Below are positions 7,596 through 12,571 of a stretch of DNA of 12,571 nucleotides, piece by piece (the stretch's first letter is position 1; every line of letters starts with the position of its first letter). The stretch comes from Promethearchaeota archaeon (GTDB lineage: Archaea > Asgardarchaeota > Lokiarchaeia > Sigyniarchaeales > SOKP01). The stretch spans positions 1 through 12,571 of the forward strand of contig JBHLME010000130.1 of the NCBI GenBank assembly GCA_048938445.1, written 5' to 3'. Made by a program: the position numbers and the translations under genes. Below the pieces are notes generated by a model. The model had not been told where the DNA came from and searched no databases. It saw only the letters and a list, made by a program, of their open reading frames with translations.

Positions 7596-9620
7596 TTAAA
7601 GAAAATCATCTAAATTTAATTGAAAACGTCTTTTTTTAAGAGTTTCAAATAGTCTTTTTCTATTTTTTTCCTCAAAATCATTAAAAAATCCTTCAAAATT
7701 GAAATCTTGCTGTAAGTTAGTTGTGTCATAAAGAATGTCAGAAAAGTGCAATTGGTCAAGAGAATCAATATCCCAGTTATAATTAAAATCTAATATATTT
7801 TGAAAATAACGTTGATAATATCCATCAAGATCTATTAAATAGGAGAAAAAAGCAGGACTTATTATTTTTATATTTTTTGGATATTTTACAACTTTCTCAT
7901 TTGGAGGTTCTTTTACCTGATTTTTCCACCAACTTGGCCATTTCATTCCAATGATGAAAAACATAATTTTCTTATGTTGGTATTTAAGAATTTTTTTAAG
8001 AATGTTTTTTTCAGTAATATCATTCGTATAATCAAACATCAATATTTCAATATCTTCTCTAAATTGAATTCCCATACTACTTGCTTTTTGGCGAATTCTA
8101 TCAATCTTAATTACTATACCATCAACTTTCATATTAGAATAAGGAAACAAACGTACTTCGGAGTAAAATTGGATTGAAATTGAATTAAAGAATGCTGTTA
8201 AAAGTTCATTGGTCTTTTTATGTACAACAATCCCAAGTCCACTAGCTTTTTGCTGTGGAAATCTTGTATTATAGATAAGTTCATCCCCATTGAACACTTC
8301 TTCCATTGCTATTTTTCTAACAGTATTAAGAGCAACACCATACTTTTTAGAAATGTCAGTGGCATTAAACTTTTTACTGTACAAAATATCATATTTAATA
8401 TCATCTCTTATCTTATCAGGGATCAAATCCCTTGTTGCTGTCCACCTTTCTTTATAATCCTCAGTACTGAAATTCTTTTTTGCTAGGTTCAATATAACAA
8501 TAAAACTAATCCCATATTTTTTAAATTCTTTATAAATCTCCTTAAGAGGGACAGGAGGATTTTGGTATAACTTAGAAAGGATCTTTTTTTTTAATGGTTT
8601 GAAATACTTTTCTTGGTCTGCAGGCCATTTTCTTCTATATTCTTGTAATGAATTATGTTTTTTAGCAATTTTTTTTACTGGACTTGATGAAATATCAAAA
8701 TCAGATGCAATTGTTTCCAAAGAGTCAGGATATTTTTCTTTGACTCGTTGAATTATAGCATTGTTAATTTCGACAGATAATTTTTTTTGGTTTGCAGGCC
8801 ATCGAGACTCATATTCTTCAGCGGTAAATTGTTCTTCAGCTATTTTTGATATAGTTCCGTTTCCAACTTTCAAGATTTTTGAAATTTTTATATGTGGTAT
8901 TATGGGATTCTTATTTAGCAGTTTTATTATTTCTTTTTTTTTAGATTCATGAATTTGTTGTCGCTTCGGAAAACATTTTTGATAGTAATAAATATTCCCA
9001 TTATATATTTCATTAAGGGCGATTTTTTTTATCTCATAAGGGTAAGTATTGGGATTTAATTCTGCTCCTAAATTGTTTAATATCGCTAAGATTTTCCTTT
9101 GGGAAAGAAGGGTATGCTGAATCAAATCCTTGGTAAATTCATAGATCTCACTTGTGGATTTGTTTATGATGTTAGGATTTAATAAATTTGGATATTTTTT
9201 TTTATTTATAGTTCTTAATGCATTCCTTACCAAGGAACTTCTCCGATTTTTTTGAGTTACTTGATTATAACGTTTTTTTCCTGTAGGATTGAATCGCTCT
9301 TTATATAAATTGGGCAGTAAGATTGGATTAATGCGTCTTATTAAATCAATACCAACGCCACATTCAGTTGCAATATCTTTTTTGAGCATTTGAGTATTTT
9401 CCTCCATATCCATAATCAAGGGAATTGCTTTGATCATACCTTCAATGCGAATCCTCGTGTTAGGAGTCCATTTTGAGGGAGGAGTTTTTGTAAATCCTTG
9501 TACCTCCACGTCAGCAATAATTTCATTAAGTTTTTCTTTTGACCATTTTTTTATAGATGAGGAATAATATGTATTTTTCACATAGTTTAAGATATTATCG
9601 CGGGCGACTATGGATACCAT
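7596..9620 (-). CDS. Multi-HTH repeat protein fused to a putative PD-(D/E)xK-like nuclease domain, with C-terminal PIP box
   Basis: ATG preceded by a GAGAGGA RBS. Motifs YKERF(106), YQKCFP(213), YESRWP(270), YRRKWP(328), YKERWT(389), YNTRFP(450) each follow an HTH-like segment. C-terminal G-x-x-x-H(467)...E488...VD500G...FD530YT. Ends in QLNLDDFL. The ORF is solid; the function is inferred. Confidence 0.65.
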   Translation of the reverse strand: MVSIVARDNILNYVKNTYYSSSIKKWSKEKLNEIIADVEVQGFTKTPPSKWTPNTRIRIEGMIKAIPLIMDMEENTQMLKKDIATECGVGIDLIRRINPILLPNLYKERFNPTGKKRYNQVTQKNRRSSLVRNALRTINKKKYPNLLNPNIINKSTSEIYEFTKDLIQHTLLSQRKILAILNNLGAELNPNTYPYEIKKIALNEIYNGNIYYYQKCFPKRQQIHESKKKEIIKLLNKNPIIPHIKISKILKVGNGTISKIAEEQFTAEEYESRWPANQKKLSVEINNAIIQRVKEKYPDSLETIASDFDISSSPVKKIAKKHNSLQEYRRKWPADQEKYFKPLKKKILSKLYQNPPVPLKEIYKEFKKYGISFIVILNLAKKNFSTEDYKERWTATRDLIPDKIRDDIKYDILYSKKFNATDISKKYGVALNTVRKIAMEEVFNGDELIYNTRFPQQKASGLGIVVHKKTNELLTAFFNSISIQFYSEVRLFPYSNMKVDGIVIKIDRIRQKASSMGIQFREDIEILMFDYTNDITEKNILKKILKYQHKKIMFFIIGMKWPSWWKNQVKEPPNEKVVKYPKNIKIISPAFFSYLIDLDGYYQRYFQNILDFNYNWDIDSLDQLHFSDILYDTTNLQQDFNFEGFFNDFEEKNRKRLFETLKKRRFQLNLDDFL
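8256..9149 (-). repeat. Intragenic tandem array of five ~57-61-codon HTH modules (a sixth, detached copy lies at about 9288-9440)
   Basis: Terminal motif spacing is 57, 58, 61 and 61 aa. DNA-level trace: TTGGT(C/T)TGCAGGCCAT at 8613-8628 and 8787-8802, 15/16 identical and 174 bp (58 codons) apart. Confidence 0.8.
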
Positions 9621-9855
9621 AAATTTATTCCTCTCTTTGACTTTATTCTTATGATTTTTTTTAATAGGAATTTCTGTTATAATTTTTAAATCTATAGTGT
9701 CTGCTTAAGTATATTATAGGATGAGATTGATGGTATGATTCCTTAATTTATATGTTTTTTAAATATGAACTATAAAAAATACACCTTTAAGTAAGATTTG
9801 AGTCAGAAATTATTCTATTCCGAATGGATATCATTTTATAAAAAATGCATTTGTG

Positions 9856-9879
9856 AAATAAGGATTAATTCCCTTATTT
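9856..9879. promoter_or_regulatory. Inverted repeat AAATAAGG-N8-CCTTATTT (operator or hairpin candidate)
   Basis: Perfect 8-bp arms at 9856-9863 and 9872-9879 in the 377-bp intergenic region upstream of the multi-HTH nuclease gene. Function not established. Confidence 0.35.
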
Positions 9880-9997
9880 TTCTTAATCATTTCAAGTAAT
9901 CTGAAAAATAAATTTCAATTTTCGTTTCTATAGCAAACTGTAGGTATCATGAACTTATAAGCAATACCCTTCACTACTTTACAATGTCTGTTTGATA

Positions 9998-10195
9998 TTA
10001 CTTTTCAAAAGATATCTTTTGAAAAAGATTTTTCTTTTCCTCGATAGAAAGTATATCTTGATCCTCTAATTCTACGAGATCTTTTTTACTAAATTCCAAT
10101 CTGCACTTAGGACAATCAAAGGATTCATCATACTCGATTAAACCTTCAGTATTTTTACATCGAGGACAATACAAAATGTTAATATTTGTACTCAT
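9998..10195 (-). CDS. Small C4 zinc-ribbon protein
   Basis: CPRC-x14-CPKC followed by an acidic helical tail. ATG start; lies alone in otherwise non-coding DNA. Confidence 0.8.
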   Translation of the reverse strand: MSTNINILYCPRCKNTEGLIEYDESFDCPKCRLEFSKKDLVELEDQDILSIEEKKNLFQKISFEK

Positions 10196-10323
10196 TACTT
10201 CTCGCCCAAAAAATGTTATTCAATTAAAATATTATAATTAACATATTTAAAATCCTCTGATTCACACATTAATAATTAATCTCATTTTTTAACTAATCAA
10301 GAGATTTATGGACTATTTATATT

Positions 10324-10602
10324 TTAATAGATCCTATATTTATAACAGTCTGCTTCATAAATTTTCCCTTCAATAATTAAATCCGAAATAATTTGTTCTA
10401 GAGTCTCAACATCAATTCCTGTCATTTTTCCTAATGTAAAAATAGTCGTCCCATCCTCTTCTGTTTGATATCCTTCTGAAAGATATCTGAGTAAATGAAA
10501 AATTATTTCTTTAACTAATTCAAAAAAATAATTCTTGAAATAGTACCTTAATTTCACTAACTGTATTTTTGTTTTTTTAAATAATATAGGGATACTAATC
10601 AC
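10324..10602 (-). CDS. Stand-alone winged-helix protein (resembles the C-terminal wH of MCM or RPA32)
   Basis: EIIFHLLRYL...GTTIFTLGKMTGIDVETLEQIISDLIIEGKIYEADCYKYRIY gives three helices plus a terminal beta-wing with the G-x-IYE-x4-Y-R-I pattern seen at archaeal MCM C-termini. Start uncertain (GTG lies inside GAGGTGAT). Confidence 0.6.
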   Translation of the reverse strand: MISIPILFKKTKIQLVKLRYYFKNYFFELVKEIIFHLLRYLSEGYQTEEDGTTIFTLGKMTGIDVETLEQIISDLIIEGKIYEADCYKYRIY

Positions 10603-10798
10603 CTCAAATCATATTTATTACCTAAAGTAACTTGTGAATCTATTTAAAAAAAAAAGTTAGAAAAATGATTAGTAAATAATTATTTATAAAAAAGTCAAGC
10701 TAGAATGACAAACGCTAAATTAGATTTGGGTAATCTTTCAATTAAGTTTCTTTTATTATCATATCTTCTCTGTGATATAATGAAATTTTGTTGTTCTT

Positions 10799-10806
10799 TT
10801 TAAATA
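10799..10806 (+). promoter_or_regulatory. Candidate TATA box (TTTAAATA) for tfb
   Basis: Matches archaeal TTTAWATA, ending 34 nt before the ATG at 10840. No purine-rich BRE upstream, and the background is AT-rich. Confidence 0.3.
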
Positions 10807-10839
10807 TTAATGTAAATTTAATCATAAAAAGAGTTTTTT

Positions 10840-11784
10840 ATGTTTAAAATAGATCTTTTTAAAAGAACTATAAAAAATTGCCCTGAATGTAAAGAATTTG
10901 AATGGATTTTCGATAAAAACCGAGGAGAAATTTCATGTAAAGCGTGTGGATTTGTGAGGAATGAAAAATGTATAGATTTGGGGGAAGAATGGCGTGCCTT
11001 TTCAAGTGAAGAAGCTATTAGACGAATTCGGACAGGTGCACCATCTACATTAAAAATTTGCGATAAAGGTTTAAGTACGGTGATTAGCTGGCAAAATATT
11101 GATGCATATGGAAATTATCTCAGTCCTAATATGGTTGATCAAGTAAGAAGATTGCGTATATGGCAAAATAGATGTAGAAAATTAGGCGGAATTGAAAAAA
11201 CAATGGCAAAAATATTACCTTTATTGAGTAATTTTATATCTCAGTTGAAATTATCAAATAATAAGATATATGAATCAGTGGCATATTATCTCAGAAAAAT
11301 TAGAGAAAAAGATATGATAAAAGGAAATCCATATGAAATTATTGTTCTAGCTACAATATATTTTAGCTGCAGACAATTTAATATCCCATTATCCTTTAAG
11401 GATATTATCGAAACTTTTGATGTGAATAAAAGAGAATTATACCAATTTTACATTAAAATTAGGAAAGAATTTCCTTTAAAATTAGGAGCTTTAAAACCTT
11501 TAGATCTTATTGCGAAATATTGTAATATGCTAAATATTTCTGAAAATTGTCAACAATTGGCATGTAAAATAGTTAATATCGCCGAACAAAAAAGGATTAC
11601 TCAAGGAAAATCTCCTGCGGGTATTGCTGCGGGAGCGATTTATTTGGCTGCCTATTTAAAATCAGAACAGATTACGCAATATAGTTTATCTAAAGTAGCT
11701 AGGGTTACTGAAACTACTTTAAGGAAACATTATAAAAATTTTAGGACACATATTGATTTACACGAACATATTCTCCCTATTTAA
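10840..11784 (+). CDS. tfb: Transcription initiation factor IIB (TFB), divergent paralogue
   Basis: Zn ribbon CPEC...GEISCKACG, B-reader GEEWRAFS...RTGAP, DKGLST, B-linker RLRIWQ, two cyclin repeats, GKSPAGIAAGAIYLA, and C-terminal HTH TQ...VTETTLRKHYK. Confidence 0.95.
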   Translation: MFKIDLFKRTIKNCPECKEFEWIFDKNRGEISCKACGFVRNEKCIDLGEEWRAFSSEEAIRRIRTGAPSTLKICDKGLSTVISWQNIDAYGNYLSPNMVDQVRRLRIWQNRCRKLGGIEKTMAKILPLLSNFISQLKLSNNKIYESVAYYLRKIREKDMIKGNPYEIIVLATIYFSCRQFNIPLSFKDIIETFDVNKRELYQFYIKIRKEFPLKLGALKPLDLIAKYCNMLNISENCQQLACKIVNIAEQKRITQGKSPAGIAAGAIYLAAYLKSEQITQYSLSKVARVTETTLRKHYKNFRTHIDLHEHILPI

Positions 11785-12490
11785 AGTAAGCATAACAATT
11801 ATCATGAATTTTATTTGTTATAGTTCTAACAATATCGTGAACAAGTTCCCGAGGTATTCTTTCTAGGGATTCCTTTAGTTCCTCTTCTACTATTTTCTCA
11901 GTTTGATCTGCAAATTCTTCAAATGATAAATTTATTGCGTAATTATTCGTCCCTATTCTACCTTTGGCCTTGTTTTTTGTCTGATCTTCTTTCAAATAGG
12001 TTCTTATAAGCAGGTCTAATTTATTTATTAAATTAATTTTTAAGTAATCTTTAAAACCATTGACCAAGGTATCTATTAATACCGAATTTATTTTAACATT
12101 TTTTCTTCTATTGTTATATAATATTTCAGTGTTTGTCTTATTGAACTTGCTAATCTCTTTTCTATGTAGAAAATTTTCGAAGTAATTTAACAATGGAGTA
12201 GATTTAAATACATTTTTAAGTTCATTCATTGCAATTTCTCGACCTTTAATTGTTATGAAGTTAATCTGAGGTCTAAAACCTACTCTCGAGATTAAATTCT
12301 TACTCTTTAAAGTTGTTAAAATTATGGATACTTGACTCTTATTTCGCTCTAACCAAGATTGAATCTCTTTAAATTTCGCACCATTTTTTCGAAAATTTAA
12401 AAAAATTAATACTTTTAATTGGATAAGTGAAAGAGAAATATTTTCACTTTCATTATCATAAACACTTACTAATCTATTCATCTCATCCAT
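11777..12490 (-). CDS. MarR-like winged-helix DNA-binding protein with an uncharacterised helical C-terminal domain
   Basis: LSLIQLKVLIFL...AKFKEIQSWLERNKSQVSIILTTLKSKNLISR...FITIKG fits the MarR-type wHTH pattern. The C-terminal ~140 aa are unrecognised. Overlaps the tfb 3' end by 8 bp. Confidence 0.75.
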   Translation of the reverse strand: MDEMNRLVSVYDNESENISLSLIQLKVLIFLNFRKNGAKFKEIQSWLERNKSQVSIILTTLKSKNLISRVGFRPQINFITIKGREIAMNELKNVFKSTPLLNYFENFLHRKEISKFNKTNTEILYNNRRKNVKINSVLIDTLVNGFKDYLKINLINKLDLLIRTYLKEDQTKNKAKGRIGTNNYAINLSFEEFADQTEKIVEEELKESLERIPRELVHDIVRTITNKIHDNCYAYFK

Positions 12491-12571
12491 ACCTATTTAT
12501 TCTTTTATTCAAAAATTTCCTTAATTATTTTGTATAACCTTATCATATCGTTTACTATTTGTAAACTAACT

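Noticed and set aside
7974-8177. 67-aa plus-strand ORF
   Set aside because: Antisense to the 674-aa gene; F/I/N-rich composition typical of shadow ORFs.
8067-8252. QKAS-x-[LM]-GI occurs twice in the nuclease (aa 457-464 and 511-518)
   Set aside because: The match is short, the flanks do not align and the structural contexts differ. It cannot be distinguished from chance.
8220-8486. 88-aa plus-strand ORF with PCCCPP
   Set aside because: Antisense shadow. The Cys/Pro run is a by-product of the opposite-strand codons.
8761-8952. 63-aa plus-strand ORF
   Set aside because: Antisense shadow with a TTG start and no supporting signals.
7596-9620. Interpreting the multi-HTH protein as a DDE transposase or IS element
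   Set aside because: No RNase H-like DDE pattern recognised, and no terminal inverted repeats or target-site duplications seen around the gene.
9621-9997. Long intergenic region examined for a CRISPR array, tRNA, att site or small ORF
   Set aside because: No direct-repeat/spacer periodicity and no GC-rich cloverleaf. The ATG-initiated minus-strand ORFs I found are under about 20 codons.

Overview
Very AT-rich archaeal window. The gene content (Rqc2/NEMF, TrpB2, a stand-alone Roadblock/LC7 protein, an EMC6/Rab5IF-like membrane protein, a TFB paralogue) best fits an Asgard archaeon such as Lokiarchaeia; this is an inference. The left part (1-7434) is housekeeping-like: a 3-gene + strand cluster (surface-anchored CBM9/DOMON-like glycoprotein, 4-TM protein, glycerophosphodiester phosphodiesterase), Rqc2/RqcH head-to-head with an EMC6/Rab5IF(OPTI)-like protein, orphan pyrI, orphan trpB2 and a Roadblock protein. 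The right part (7596-12490) looks accessory and holds only predicted nucleic-acid-binding or transcription proteins. The most striking is a 674-aa protein with about six ~60-aa helix-turn-helix modules (each ending Y-x-x-[RKC]-[WF], usually followed by P, with variable recognition helices), a divergent PD-(D/E)xK-like nuclease domain and a terminal PCNA-binding PIP box (QLNLDDFL). It is a candidate modular, clamp-tethered, site-specific nuclease. Beside it are a small Zn-ribbon protein, a stand-alone winged helix, a divergent TFB and a MarR-like wHTH protein. I saw no rRNA, tRNA, CRISPR array, integrase or transposase. All family calls come from motif recognition by eye; no searches were run.
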